Shown: positions 34,108 through 47,600 of the stretch, piece after piece
Layout of the letters: the number at the start of each line of letters is the position of its first letter
Numbering within the stretch: the stretch's first letter is position 1
Source of the DNA: Octopus sinensis
Taxonomy: Eukaryota
Assembly: GCF_006345805.1 (NCBI RefSeq)
Contig: NC_043006.1
Coordinates: 1,426,001-1,490,000, forward strand
Direction of reading: 5' to 3'
Length of the DNA stretch: 64,000 nt
Position numbers and translations under genes: made by a program
Notes under the pieces: generated by a model
What the model saw: the letters and a program-made list of their open reading frames with translations, nothing else
What the model was told of the DNA's origin: nothing
Database searches by the model: none

Positions 34108-36584
34108 ATCAATTAGTTTAAATGGTTTTCATGCCGTTCTCAAGAATGTTGGTTGAATTGGTCCGTTCTTGAATCGAAAAAGTGTTGTGAAATCAGCTCA
34201 CAGCTCTTACACGAATCCACTGCAGTCATTTAAATGGTCTTCTTTTTCTTTCTTTGACTTGGTAAAAAGGATATGGCGTTTTAGCGGTGAAATCAAGTGG
34301 AATGCTTGATTTTTCCCAGAAACATTAACAGCTTCAACCAGGAACTGAAACCATTTCAACAAGCTCAACGTATCGAAAATATTTTTTTAATCTAAAACCT
34401 CGCTTAAACCGATTAAAATATTGATTTCTTTTACAAAACTTAATAAGGCCGTATATTTTAAGGTAAAGTGGATGTTGTGGTTCTCATGCCTTTTACTAAA
34501 GGTATAATAATTCCTGAAGTATTGTTTTTATTTGTAATTAGCACAAAGCCCAATAAATGTTTACAATTGCACCCGTCTCATGAAACAGCTTTTCGTGAAA
34601 AAGGAAAGCGGTAAGGAACTGGGTGGTCGTTTCCTTCTGCCCGTGTTTTTTTCTTTTTTTTATGTAATATTTGCATTTTTTACATTTTAACCCTCCTCCC
34701 AATTCCGTATTCTTTTCTTTCTTTAAATTTACACTAGTGCACAATATGTCTAACGAGACGGGTATGATAGTAGAATAATACCCAGACCCTTATATTATAG
34801 CTTAAGCAGTCATATCTTTACCAAATATATTAATAGCGAGAGCAAACATGCTTTCCTTTCACCTGAGAATCTATATCGAGACTAAATTTGGACTCTCCAA
34901 GAGCTCGTCTATTCGGTTGCGGTGTCGTTAAAACTATCACCAGAACATTGACGAAGTTACGAGTGAAGGGCCAGAGTTTCTATTCCTAATGGAAAAGCTT
35001 CCCTTAGTCATAGCTAGACACTTTGTTATTTATTGCTTTCAACTGGGAAGTGATGCATTAGTTGGAAGAGAACTCACAGCCTTTGTATTCAGAAGCTTAT
35101 ACCTGTTTTGTTGAGAAATTTTTAAGGTTTTATTACAAAAAAGCTCTCCGTTAAACAGCATTATTTTCCGTTTAAATAAACATGCATACTATGTAAATCT
35201 TTTTTCTTCTTTTTTTCATTAGTAACATCACGTGTCAATCTGTAATGGGCTTCCTTTATTTCATCAAATTTGCCATAAAGACATTAATGGGCTTCTTGTT
35301 TAAGATGAGCGATCGTTGAACTTGGAAGGAACCATTTTGCTTATGTTAGAGAGTGTGTCTTTATATTAACTGGATTTGATGAGAAAATCGTTTATATAGG
35401 AAGACTAGTTTATTGGTAACATCATCATCTCAGATTTAGACATTTCGCTAAACCATGTCTCTGATTGCTCCAACACGGTATCGTCTCCGCAGTAAAAGAA
35501 AAGAAAGCATGAAATTGAATTCCTCTCAAGACGAGAAAAATTCGGAAACTTCTGGTTCGCCTAAAAAGAAATTCGCCAAAGACAAGAATAAACTTTATAA
35601 ATATGTTCTACTTAAATCGCTTTGTAAACATCGGAAGGAGAAATATAAAGAAAGTGACGGGAAGCTAAGTTTTTCTCATTCCAAACGCCATTCCAGACAT
35701 CACTCCTCTCAAACAGTTTCACCACGAAAAGTAGTTAAGACTGCTGACTTGAGTCGAAATATTTTCTTTTATCCACTAACGCATCCGATGTCAAAGAGGA
35801 CCAAAATTCTTTGAGCTTATCAAGGAATAAGGCTGTACAATGTACACTTTTTCTTTTAATTCAAATATATAGTTTTGCATAAGAACACCGAACACTTAAA
35901 TGTCATCTGCAGAAAATGTAATTGTTTAAATGAAATTTATTTTTTCCCATTGCCACTTTTAAAACCTCGTACCGTTCCTTTTAAATATTGGTTCATATTT
36001 TCGAAAGTTTACAGACACAAACTGCAGTCTAAAAATTTATTAAACAACATACATTATACATTACTTTGTGATATTCGTAAAGATAATTTTAAGAACTATT
36101 TACGGAGACAAAGTTGTAAATAGAATTTTTGTCTCTCCTTGTTCCTTTTAACTGTCCTTTCATCACCGACCTTCTTACTAGTCCAAAATTTCTTAATTTA
36201 TCTCCTATCTGACATAACTCTCACCATATCTCTTTCTACTCGGATCTTGCCACAAATAGTAACTGCCATTACTTCACTTAATTTCATCTTCCATCAGACA
36301 GTCCCCATACGACTCCTGCAACTCCTCGCTTTTCTTCCCAGCATTAATCCTCCACTCCTTTTCTCATTTGCAATTTAGTGATAAATGGTATTAACCCTTA
36401 AGTATTACTCTAAAGAAAAGCCAGTATCCAAAACTTCAATTTTATCCCTCACAATAAATCAACTCGAACTTTTCTGTAACGTCTTTTATATACCTGGTTC
36501 TACCTCGGTAAGAAATCCTGCACTAAACCTTTTGAAGGAGCAATATTCTTGAGAACGGCATGAAAACCATTTAAACTAATTGAT
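34108..36584. repeat. Segment bounded by a perfect 40-bp inverted repeat
   Basis: ATCAATTAGTTTAAATGGTTTTCATGCCGTTCTCAAGAAT at 34108-34147; exact reverse complement at 36545-36584; ACG on both outer flanks. Confidence 0.9.
35455..35814 (+). CDS. Intact 119-aa basic K/S/R-rich ORF; possible first coding exon, unidentified
   Basis: ACCATG start context, non-repetitive sequence, NLS-like PKKKF. Confidence 0.4.
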   Translation: MSLIAPTRYRLRSKRKESMKLNSSQDEKNSETSGSPKKKFAKDKNKLYKYVLLKSLCKHRKEKYKESDGKLSFSHSKRHSRHHSSQTVSPRKVVKTADLSRNIFFYPLTHPMSKRTKIL

Positions 36585-37315
36585 ACGAAGAACAGCAGTT
36601 GTTTATCTATGCAACGTTTGTCATTTTCTCCCGATTTCAATTGGAAACTTTAAACTACTCATTTTCGTATCAATTTGATGCGTGGTTATAAACTATCTTG
36701 TTTTTTATCTATTGTACATTTAAATACACTAATATGGACAATATTCAATATTTGACTTTTCGGTTATGTTCCATACTTACATCCGTTTCATTCATATAAA
36801 GAATGAAATCTCGTTTCAATTTGAACATAAAACGTATCTCTGCGCTTTAACTCAGTTTTGTTTTTTAATAATAAAAAAAGCGCACGGTGTCCAAATGCTG
36901 GCCTGTGCTTACGTTCTTATTTAAAAAGTCCTATTATGGATTATTTTATCGTCTAGGGCATGAGATGAACTCTAAACGTAGAGGAACGGAATTACCTGTA
37001 TTTTAAGCTCACCATTTGATACAATGAACGCATGTTCTCAATACATAAAGCACAGCTGAGGTTTTCTAGTATCCTTTTAATTTAGTGGCTTTTAAATTAG
37101 TAGTTTTAGAACATAAAGATACGGAGTTCAAATCCTGCCGATTTGACGTTCATCTCTCTGGGCTCGACAAAACTAAGTACTAGTTATGTAACAGGGGTCG
37201 ATATAATCGATTAATCCCCTCTTCAAATTTCGGTTCTTGTGCCGATGTCGGAAAGTTATTTAAATTCAGCAAATCTTTTAATTGCATTGCATGACACTAA
37301 TTTCTTTAGCAGACA

Positions 37316-38700
37316 CTATTTTAGGTGATATTAATTTTAGGGTGCTCTTTATGAATATGAAGTCCGTTTTGTTTCATGACTACATTTTGATCTACAAGAT
37401 ATCCCACATATACTACATTTCCATAAAAAGTGTAACCTTATGAACATTGCAATTTATTAATTTACTAAACCACAATTAATCAATATACACAAGTGTATAA
37501 TGTTAAAATAACAATATACACTTGTAAGAAGCTTACAAGAAAAATACAGCATTGGTTTCACTATCAAGACCAGTGGCCCTGACGTTCAAAAGTGAAACCA
37601 TCAAAAAGTTTGCCATCGTGAGGGTATCGGCTGACCCTTTGTACCTTGTAAATCTTTAACAATGCTCAAAATTAATCTTGCCCAAGTCCACAGGAAAGAA
37701 ATCCAAGTGATTCTTTAAAATGTGAATTTTTGAGTACATTCTGACCCCCTACACATCAAATGAATCCGTAAGATGAGCTATGACTACCGTGTAATTCGGA
37801 CTCCAGTTCTTTCCTAAAAAGTTTGACTGTCTTTAACACCGCATCATAAGTTTGTCATTTAATGAATCTATAACAATTTGATTCTTCATCAGTTTGCAAG
37901 TGTCTGGTCCAACGAACACGCTTTCTTTAAACTTCGCTTCGCTTAACCGAGGGACTATCTTTAAACAACTTGATTGGTTGCCCCCCTCAGGTTCCAGTAA
38001 CTTTAAATTTTTGAGGATTCTAAATTTAATGTGGTTGTGATGGTAACACAATTAGCTCAGGTGAAACTAGTGGTACATATTGAGCGCTTTTATTCCAGAG
38101 TTTCCACTCATGACGCGCTGGCCATTCCTGCCGATTTTATCGCAGGCACAAAAAGCAGAAAAACTTTGTGCAGCTCTTTTTCACGTCCAGTTTCATCACT
38201 GGAATCCTCATCTGACTCAACTCGATGGTTGATTGCTTGACACGGGAGGAACTTCATCTTCATGTGGCTGTGGTCTTATGGCAGTTGGTAAATTAGAGTA
38301 TTTGATATACCGTACAGTTTTCTTACTGAACCCTTCAACATTAGTAACGCAAAAGTAGCAATCAGTAAAATGGTTGCTTTGTTCTCGTCATGCCATTGGA
38401 AGGGCAAATGACATTTGCTTCAGCTTGTCACTGGACCACAAGCAAAGCCAATCAATGCAACCTTTTGCATAGAATACGTGTTGCAAAACATCTTCATCTC
38501 CCATTCATTTCATTTCTAAGTAATCTTAGTATCTTGCTTTTATGAGTGGTGTCGTTTTCCTGCTGCAGTCCTTGAATGCGTATCCCCCACAAATGTAGCA
38601 AAACTGATTTTGGTCATTGAGACATACCCGGCTTGAAACCATGCAAATTGAATTGGAGAAATAAAAGCGGCAGTCCACCGTGAACAGAGCGGTTACTAGT
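37316..38700 (-). mobile_element. Chapaev3-like (CMC) DNA transposon, decayed transposase
   Basis: Minus-strand motifs NQFCYICG, YSNLPTAIRPQPH, LSEAKFKESVFVGP, KIHILKNHLDFFP; CACTA-like left terminus. Confidence 0.72.
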
Positions 38701-38993
38701 TTGATAAGTCATAACATCCGAAACAATTTAAATCAAAGTATTTTTTAAAATATTTTGTCACAGACACGAGCGGGTACTTAACACACATGATTGTTGTGCT
38801 CATTGAGTTATAGGTTGACTTATTTTCATGTTATTTAGTTTCGTTGACTTTCAACCACGATCATCTATTCAGACATTTCGACATTTTCCATCTGTCCGAG
38901 ATGCTAGATCAACCTGCTAATTATGATTTCATTTGGGCGTTAACACTGGATTTTACATTAAGCTCATACACTGCTACAGGCTATCAGACGGAC

Positions 38994-39182
38994 GGTAATC
39001 TGCCGTTACGTTGTGAGTTCAAATTCCGCCGAGGTCGACTTTGCCTTTCATCCTTTCGGGGTCGATAAATTAAGTACCAGTTAAGCACTGGGGTCGATAT
39101 AATCGACTTAATACTTATGTCTGTCCATGTTTGTCCCCTCTATGTTCAGCCCCTTGTGGGTAATAAAGAAATAGGTAATCTG
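38994..39182 (+). mobile_element. 5'-truncated family B monomer with 9-bp TSD
   Basis: GGTAATCTG at 38994-39002 and 39174-39182. Confidence 0.88.
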
Positions 39183-39589
39183 GACGCTATTTCTTTTCTC
39201 AAACGCATACCTGAAAATCCACAAATAGCTGCAGTTTTTTACAATTTAGAGCAATGAAACTGCAGTGAACAAAGCCTTTTTTATTACATCAATTTACAAT
39301 TGTTTCATTATATCAAAATTTGATTTCATAACTTATTTGCAATTTATTTACGAAGTTTTGAACTCAACTCATCGGAATTATGTATAAAATACATTTGCAA
39401 ATGAATTCCCTTCTGGGAATGGTCTTTATATAACTAGAGGTGGTGGGGCTTTCAACTTCTGACGGAGTCTTTGGGGTGTGACCCGCTGTAGAAACATACG
39501 GCGTGTTTTAGGACTTTTTTTCTTTTTTCAAAATCTGGTGGAGCCCATCCCTCCCCGAGTGTGAACAAAACCGATTTCTTCCCGTTAGA

Positions 39590-40430
39590 GAAGAATTGAC
39601 TTCAGTACTTGATTAATACTTCGTTTATCGACCTCGAATGGAGGAATAGTAAAATCGAATTCGGCGATATTTGAACTCAGAACGTAAAGAACTGAAACAC
39701 TGGAAAGCATTGTAACCCATGCTCAAACCACTCAATTGATTTCCTTAAGATATATTCTATTCAGAATTGCCACCATAGCTGATCAATCGTGCTCCATGAC
39801 CTGAATAACTCCATTTTAAAGTTTTTAGCTATTGATATATTCGTGAGTTGCCTCCCTTGCCCTATTTTGAAATAAATTTTCACTAATTCTGTAGTTAACC
39901 TTCCTTCTCAACAATTATTTCAATAGGTCAAGGCGACAAGCTGGCAGAGAAGTTGGTAGCTTTGACAAAATACTAAGAGGCATTTCTTTCGGCTTTCACA
40001 CTGAGTTCAAATACCGCTCTGGTCAACTCTGCCTTTTATCTTTCAGGGTCGAAAGAATAAAGTACCAGTCAAGTACTGACATCGATGCAATCTACAAACT
40101 TTCTCCCACTAAAATTGCTGACTTTGTTCCAAAATTTGAAACGCTTATTACACAATTGATAAGACATTTCCAACCCATCTTCTGTATGGAAGCCTGCACT
40201 TAACCACAGCGGGGTTTTCTTTTTTTCCTCCTCGGATCTCTGACATATGTCAATGTTCTAAAATAGTTGAACGGTAAAAAAATTTAAAAAATAAAAAACG
40301 TTGGACTTTATGCATTTCGGTTCTGAATTCAAATCCCACCTGAGTTTACTAATCATCTCTCAATACGAGAACGTAACCGGGGCTTGGTTTAATCAGAACT
40401 TCTCTACAAATGTTTCCTTGTGCCAATAGA
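39590..40430. mobile_element. Cluster of degenerate family B copies (39590-39725 minus; 39928-40140 plus; 40290-40430 plus)
   Basis: Recognisable core, head and tail fragments. Confidence 0.75.
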
Positions 40431-41197
40431 AGAAATCAATATTATTAATACCCGATAATGTTCTTGTCCGTCCATCATTGAATTCATTCAGACATCTGTC
40501 AGAAAACGTTATATTCATGTTTGCTATCCTGGCGGCGGTGGCGGCGGCGTTTTGCTAGTGACGTCTTGGTCTGTCCATTTGCTTACTTCTCCAGTTATAT
40601 TAGATGTCTCTTATCTTCAATCAGTCTAACATATCAATCTAGCAAGTAAGCTACGATTTACCGGTCATAGATGTGTAATAACGGTTCCAGTGAACGTGAC
40701 CTACAATGCTTGCAGTATTTATCGATTTTATAGAACTCTGCAGCATTCTGTAATCCGATTGCCTGGAAATTAACGAAGTTGGTGGCCTTAGAAAAGTAAT
40801 ACTGTGATATTGGCACGAATATATCGCCTGTTAGCAGTTTGTGTGTGTGTGTAAGAAATCCCTCTGCGGGTAAGATTACTTCTCGCATTAATGCCGCAAC
40901 CAACTTCAATATTCTGTAACAGAAGCGATTTTAATTTACCATTTTCAGTGGCTCTTTTGATATTGCGAATGATTAACTTAACCACTCCTCATCATATGTT
41001 TAAATGACAAGCACCACGACACTGAAAAAAAAATGTCAAGCTATTGTCATATATAATTTTTTTTTCCGATAAAAGAAAATAAAGCCATCAATTACTGATA
41101 CACGAAATCTGTAGAGATATATTTTCGGTCATCGTGTATGAGGCTCAAAATTACCTTCAAGTGGAAAGACTTTGCGATCATAGAGTAACTTTTGCAG

Positions 41198-41294
41198 CTT
41201 AAAAATCGAATTTTCCTCCAAAAGAAACGTTGATGCTGCTAAGATTGTGGTCGTCTTTGAATCTTCTCCGGCAACATCCGACATCGAGCTCTTG
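41198..41294 (+). CDS. Candidate internal exon, unidentified
   Basis: Acceptor cttttgcag|C, open frame LKIEFSSKRNVDAAKIVVVFESSPATSDIELL, donor TTG|GTGACT. Confidence 0.25.
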
Positions 41295-41344
41295 GTGACT
41301 AAATAGATTCACACAACTCTTTTGATCATAGTCGGGGAAGAGGT

Positions 41345-41680
41345 AGCAGAATCTTAGCGGCATTTTGTCCTTCTTTACGGTCTGAGCCCAAATTCCGCCG
41401 AGATCGACTTTGCTTTCCATCCTTTCGAAGTCGATAAAATAGGTACCAGTTGAACACTGGGATCCATGTAATCGACAAGCACCCTCCCCCAAAATTTCAG
41501 GCCTTGTGCCTATACTAGAAAGGATTAATGTTTGTCGTCTTTTTCGGATTCCGCCGGTGTCCACTTTGCCCTTTCATCCTTTCAGGGTCGATAAAATAAG
41601 TACCAGTTGAACACTTGGTGGGGTAGATTTAATCGACCTATCCCCTCCCCCAAACCTGCTGGCCTTGTGCCAACATGTGG
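41345..41680 (+). mobile_element. Two adjacent family B copies, tail-2 type
   Basis: Two gactttgc..ttcatcctttc..gtcgataaaata.gtaccagttgaacact cores. Confidence 0.85.
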
Positions 41681-42104
41681 AACCAATGTTTACGTCATCT
41701 TTCTTTCTAACCAGTTCATTTTTTTGATTTTTGAGGTACTCTATTCTAAATTGTTAATGTGGGATATTCTCTGTAATAAAGAATAATTCACTGACCAAGA
41801 CCTACTTACCCATCGAATTATAAAATCCACATAGTTTTAAACGGGTACAATAGCTCGCTTGAACATCCTTATAGTGACAGTTTTGCTAAATTCTAAATTC
41901 TATTCTGAATAAAGCTGTTTTATGCTGACTTCGTTTTAATGCACGGCGATGGAACTTTTCGTGACCTTACGGAATTTAATAACATGAAGTTTTTTACAAA
42001 ACAACTAGGAACTACGTGTGCTGACGATTCTGCTAGCTCACCGCCGCCCCCATCATCATCATCATGTGCTTTGGTGCATGACTTTTGGCCCATCCTATAT
42101 ATAC

Positions 42105-42310
42105 ACACGCCATGATAGATCGCTAGCCACTACACATTCTTTATTTTCTCTCCTTGTTTCTTTCTGTTCCTTTCTGTGGAAGAGCATAGGCTCGAAACGT
42201 TAAAGACTTTTTCACTTCCAGAGTGTTATACTAATACATCTGTTTGTTGCCTACACCACCTGTCTTCGTCTTTTGTTGGGGGTTTTTTTGTGAATTATTC
42301 CCCTATATAT
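42105..42310 (+). mobile_element. Solo Penelope tail (H2 family) ending in (TA)n
   Basis: Homologous to 32480-32671; cttt CTGTGGA A GAGC atag GCTC GAAAC GTT AAAG at 42170-42205. Confidence 0.85.
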
Positions 42311-42587
42311 ATGGCTAGTCGGACAGACCAGCATTCTCCCTGAACAGAATACCAGTTCACAGGGATACTCGTTCTAAGTGGTCTGGAGGAATATAAAATT
42401 AGGTATTTTGCCTAAGAACACAACGTGCCACCGGTCTGAGAATCGAAACGACGATCCTGCAATCGTTAGTACAACACATAACCACCGGGTAGAGACGAAG
42501 AACGGTTAATTTCCAGATTTATTAAAACTCTCACTTGAGGTTATTGCTACCAAATGCGAGTAGAGTGAGATAATATCGGGTTCAGAT

Positions 42588-43410
42588 TTTTGGCACAAGG
42601 CCAGCAATTTCGGGGAAGGGGCAAAGTAGATTACGTCGATCCCAAGTGTTCAACTGGTACTTGTTTTATCCCCCACGAATGAATAAAAGGCAAAGTCGAC
42701 TCCGGCGAGATTTGAACTCAGAACGTGGAAACGGACGAAATACCTATTTCTTTACTACCCACAAGGGGCTAAACACAGAGGGGACAAACAAGGACAAACG
42801 TATTAAGTCGATTACATCGACCCCAGTGCGTTACTGGTACTTATTTAATCGACCCCGAAAGGATGAAAGGCAAAGTCGACCTCGGCAGAATTTGAACTCA
42901 GAACGTAGCGGCAGACGAAATACGGCTACGCATTTCGCCCGGCGTGCTAACGTTTCTGTCAGCTCACCGTCGTCTTAAGGTGAGGTAATGCTGGTTTCGA
43001 ATTTTGGCACAGTGCCGGCAGTTTGGGGCTGGGGAGCCAAGTCGCTTGAATCTACACCAATGCTCAACTGTTATTTACTTTATCAACCCTGAATGGATGA
43101 AAGGTAAAATCGACTCCGGCGGAATTTGAACTCAGAACGTAAGTACGGACGAAATACTGCTATGCATATTACCCGGCGTGCTAATAATTCAGCCAGTTCG
43201 CTGTTTTAAGGTGAGATAATATTAAGGTCAAGTAAAAAGTGGTGAGGTGACAGAATCGTTAGCGCTCCAAGCAAAATACTTAGCGGCATTTCGTCTGTCT
43301 TTACGTTCTAAGTTCAGATGCCGCCGGGGTCGACTTTGCCTTCCATCCTCTCGGAGTCAATGAAATCAACTACTCCCCCTCTCTCGAACTTACTGGCCTT
43401 GTATTTTTTA
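42588..43410. mobile_element. Family B cluster: dimer 42588-42975 (minus), monomer 43000-43210 (minus), monomer 43243-43410 (plus)
   Basis: Dimer junction gacgaaatac|ctatttc at about 42743. Confidence 0.88.
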
Positions 43411-43422
43411 TTTATTTATGCG

Positions 43423-43720
43423 CCCTTCTCAAGCCTAGCCAGGCTCATGGGTCCGGTTTCCCGGTTTCTGTGGGGTATGTGCACCCCCCCCCCAGCTGGT
43501 CGGGACGGCAGTCCATCACAGCGTTACTCAAGAAACAGGAAGAAAGAGTGAGAGAAAGTCGGGGCGAAAGAGTACAACGGGGGTCGCCACCACCCCCTGC
43601 CAGAGTCTCGTGGAGCTTTTAGGTGTTTTCACTCAATAAACACACAAAACGCCTGGTCTGGGAATCGAAACCGTGATCCTCCGACCGCGAGTCCGCTGCC
43701 CTAACCACAGGGCCATTGTG
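43423..43720 (-). mobile_element. Family D SINE, second subfamily
   Basis: Shares ccggtttcccggttt, gaaagagtgagagaaagt, gaccgcgagtccgctgc and the tRNA head with 19460-19762. Confidence 0.85.
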
Positions 43721-44699
43721 CAATAATTTAAAACTAATATTTAAGCCAAGAATTCTCATACTGTTATTTATTTATCTATTTATCTATTTTTCTGGAGGCA
43801 AAAGGACAGCTGCTAGTGTGGAATTCTGCCCCAGTAGGCATCCATCGACACGACTTTGTCCTACCTGGATATTTTTAACGAATTAGAAAATATAACCACA
43901 AAAAATTTATATGAAAGTAGAACCTAAACAGTCAATAAACAGAAAAATACAGGAATTGTGACTTCACAGTAAAAACCAAAGCAATTTAAATGTTTTTGAA
44001 ACAATATAAATGAAAAAGGTATGTGAAGTTATAAGAGTTATAAGGAAATCTAGACGCCGGAAAATGTTAATAAGATTTACATCAAACTAACGGTGGAATT
44101 ATGAGACAACATTTAAGTTATCGAGAAGGAAGATTTACTACACACACATAATTACATGTATACGTACATTATGTATTTATGTGTGTATATATGGTAAGGT
44201 TTCAAAACTAGATTTCGTGCATAACAACTCTTCATCGCAGTCTTTATGCGCGTAACGAACTTAATATTTCTACTATGAGCCTCCAGATGGACTACCTTGT
44301 CCTGATTTTCGTAATCTTTTTGTAACAAATATAAGCACATTTTCTCAAGACATACAACAACCGCAGATTCGCGCTTGTGCGTTCGTTCATAACATATTTT
44401 CAGCACAGCAATTTGTGAGTAAATGAGTTCAAGGGACAATGTAACAGGAGAGGTCTTTCTGTTGTTGTTTGTTTACATTTTCCAAGCTTTTTTCTTTTTT
44501 TCCTACTAATATACTTAAATACACCTCAGCTCTCTCACGCTCGACTCGTTGTGACAGCTGCACCAGAAACCGACAAGTATACAGCTGAAGGAACATAAAA
44601 TGAAATGCTTTGCTCAAGAGCATGTAGCATCACCCCATCCATGTATTGAACCCACAACCACATGATCCTGAACCGAACATTTTAATAACAGCCTGATAT

Positions 44700-45100
44700 T
44701 TTGGGAGATGGGGCTACTCGATTAGATTGACCCCTGTTTAACTGGTATATATTTAACCGACCCCGAAAGATGAAAGGTAAAGTCGGTCACGATAGAATTG
44801 GAACTCAGATCGTAAAGACGGACGCAAGTCCCCAGAGCATTTTGCCTGGCGTACTAACATTTCTGCCAGCTCACCGCCTAAATTATCCTTTCTGTCATAG
44901 GTACAAAGCCTGAAATTTTGGGAGAGGGGCTAAATCGATTGCACCGACCCTGGTATTCAGCTGGTATTTATTTTATCAACCCCGAAAATATGTAAAGCAA
45001 AGTCGACCTCGGCGGAATCTAAACTCAGACTCTAAAGGTGAACAAGATGCCGCTAAGCATTTTGCTCGGCGCGGCAACGATTCTGTCTGTTTGCCGCCCT
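44700..45100 (-). mobile_element. Two family B copies
   Basis: Cores at about 44760 and 44980 with heads. Confidence 0.85.
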
Positions 45101-45134
45101 AATAATGATAATTAGAAGAAGAATACTAATACTT

Positions 45135-45565
45135 ATTTTATTTACCACTGAGGGTTCACAAAAAACACTGGGGACGGTACAGCACAATACAAAGTGGGGT
45201 TACATAAATAGAAGCGTATAAGCAGTAAAAATGATAACTTTAGTGGATCTTGCAAGCATGAAGTGGATTCGATCCACCATAGCCAAATTTAAATTAACAC
45301 TGCAACAGAACTTTTCCCACGGTGGAACAATGGTTTTTCTCTGACAGCAGTTTTACATTTTCCAGATACCTTTAACTAGGCCGAAATAATGTCTTCACCA
45401 CTGACCCTTTCTAACCTCTTCTACTTCACCAAAAGCTAGAATAGAGCTAACAAGACCACCAACTAAATCTATTGTTCTCAATGATATATCTATCTGGATG
45501 GCTATATAAGCCAGCACACCCCAAGCAAAAATCAGTTAGTCACCAGTCGGTGTCGACTCAACCAA
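45135..45565 (-). mobile_element. L1/Tx1-like LINE 3' end
   Basis: Decayed ORF2 C-terminus followed by a 3' UTR ending ccctcagtggtaaataaaataag. Confidence 0.55.
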
Positions 45566-45999
45566 GTAGTCACTCCGGTGACGACGAAGTCTGGCTGACC
45601 AAGGTTCTGACCAGCTAGAACCTTGGTCAGAGAGAGTAAGGAAGTTTACTGTCAGCAGCTGTGAGACAACATCCCACACCCTACAACTCTCACTTGTTCT
45701 AATTCTGTTCTCTTACAACATCATTCTATCTCTCTCCGCAATTACTACTAAACAATGCAGAGAACACAAACTTTACTTCGCATGCTTTTGGATTTATCAT
45801 AACCTACTCGCCGAGGCAAGGTATTTGTAACGTAACGGTAAATAAATACTTTCTTAAATCTTCATGCATTGTTCATCTTTCACATCTTACGACTTACCAT
45901 CATAACAACAAATTTTTATCTTTACAACTGCTGACTCCGACATTTCATAATAATGTTTACTAAACAATCTTACCCGATACAATTGGTGACCCTATAAAT

Positions 46000-47600
46000 T
46001 CTAACTATGGAAAATTCCCCAAAAGAGGCAGACTTCCTAAAGATGCACATGGAGACCCCCTCAAAGCCACGGTTGCCCTGACCACTAACGCAAATGCCCT
46101 CTCCATATCGTCATCCTTCAATCTACGGGAACATGCTTAGAGTAGGCCCGTTCGAACGGACCTTTCTTGCCACTTTCATCTACCTTTCAATAAAATTGTT
46201 GAGAAGCAGCACCTCCCACTCCACCATCACCTTCTTTTTCAACCCTTTCAATCTGTTCCATTACACAGCCTCTTTCCTAAGGTTACCTGACAAATAAACA
46301 CTGCCTGCCCTTTCCGGTCAAAGAAAGGCAGCGAAACAGTCTTCACAATGGACTCAGCCGATAGCTGGATCCGTCCTACACGTGGCAGTCATTGTCCGAC
46401 TTCAACCCACGAGTCAGCAATTCCCTGGCGTTGACAAGAGCGTGCAAAGAAGTTTCGTCGCTCTGCGCACATCTCGCTCAAGCCCAGCTGACGGCACTTT
46501 CATACCTGTAGAGTTTATCCCGAATTGGCAATTCTCGCCGAAAGCATTTCCAGACCAGAGATTTCTGGAAATTATCCATAGGCTCCGGCCCGAAAGTCCT
46601 AAGGAACAGACCAGCTAGTTGATACTCCTCACCGCTAAGAGTTTCCTCGAGAACGTCGTCACACTTGACCGCCACTAACTCTCTATTGAACACCAAAGTG
46701 GAACCTCCACCGATTGCATTGCCCAACTGACAGAGGATTTTGAGCACTTTACGATATTCTAGGTGCCAGGCACCTTGCCTAGGTCTATGAGTGAACTAGA
46801 ACTGCAGCTCAATCGATGAGACAAGATGCGAAAGAACGAGTCTGACCACACTTGCTCACTATCAAAACAGCGCTGGAAATATTGTAGCCTCAGTGAATGT
46901 CTGTTCAGCAGCAGCCACGGCATGCCCAGTCCCCCATTCAGTAAATGTTGACAATAAATGGAGCGACTGACCAATAGGACATGTCCCTTCCACAGAGAGC
47001 AGAAGGGTATGCGTCCCAGTCAAGACAGACGTAAATTGGGGCACGACAATCAAGCAGTAATAATATAACTGAGGTGATGTTTGCATTCCTTACTTCTGTC
47101 TGACCTTTCAGACTTAGCTTTTCCTCGCTCCACCTCTGGGTGAGATTGGCAACCCTTCTTGTTACCCTGTCCCAGTCCTTCTCCACCTGAAGATCTGGAC
47201 CAAACTAAACCCCAAGTAATTTAACCGGTCCAGCGTCCAACGACATTATTGGACAGCGTGGACTTGCCTCTCAAAGTGCTGAGCGACAGGCCCATTGACT
47301 TTCCTTGTTTAATTTTTTTGTCCTGTCACTGCCTCACATTCTTTTAGAATAATGCCGATCAGATGTGCCTGGTGTTCGAGACTATGATGCTGACGTCGTC
47401 CGCATATGCGGACTCAGTTCTCCCACGTCCTCGTTCGCGCAGGATACCTCTCAAAATTGTAATGTATTGATTGATTATGCTTTTCCTAAAGACATTAGAA
47501 GAGTTAATGAACAGAAAAATGTTTAACTGAACGACTAAATTTACCTTTTGTTCATTGAAGTCCACCGAAAAACTTCTAACTGTAAACTCATATAAAAGCG
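46000..47600 (-). mobile_element. L1/Tx1-like LINE ORF2 (RT to C-terminus), decayed
   Basis: SAYADDVSI, W..RKLSLKG-like KLSLKGQ, NGGLGMP, LPIRDKLYR, ARCAQSDETSLHAL. Confidence 0.88.

Noticed and set aside
41199-41564. ORFs of 60-120 aa overlapping SINE A or B copies (e.g. 12037, 14790, 38844, 41199, 42646, 62458)
   Set aside because: They derive from multicopy SINE consensus sequence and recur at each copy.
45570-46090. LTR plus primer-binding site (CA-ATTGGTGACC at 45980-45991) followed by an ATG
   Set aside because: No second LTR and no gag motif, and the downstream frame stops after about 24 codons. It is better read as the minus-strand 3' UTR of the Tx1-like LINE.
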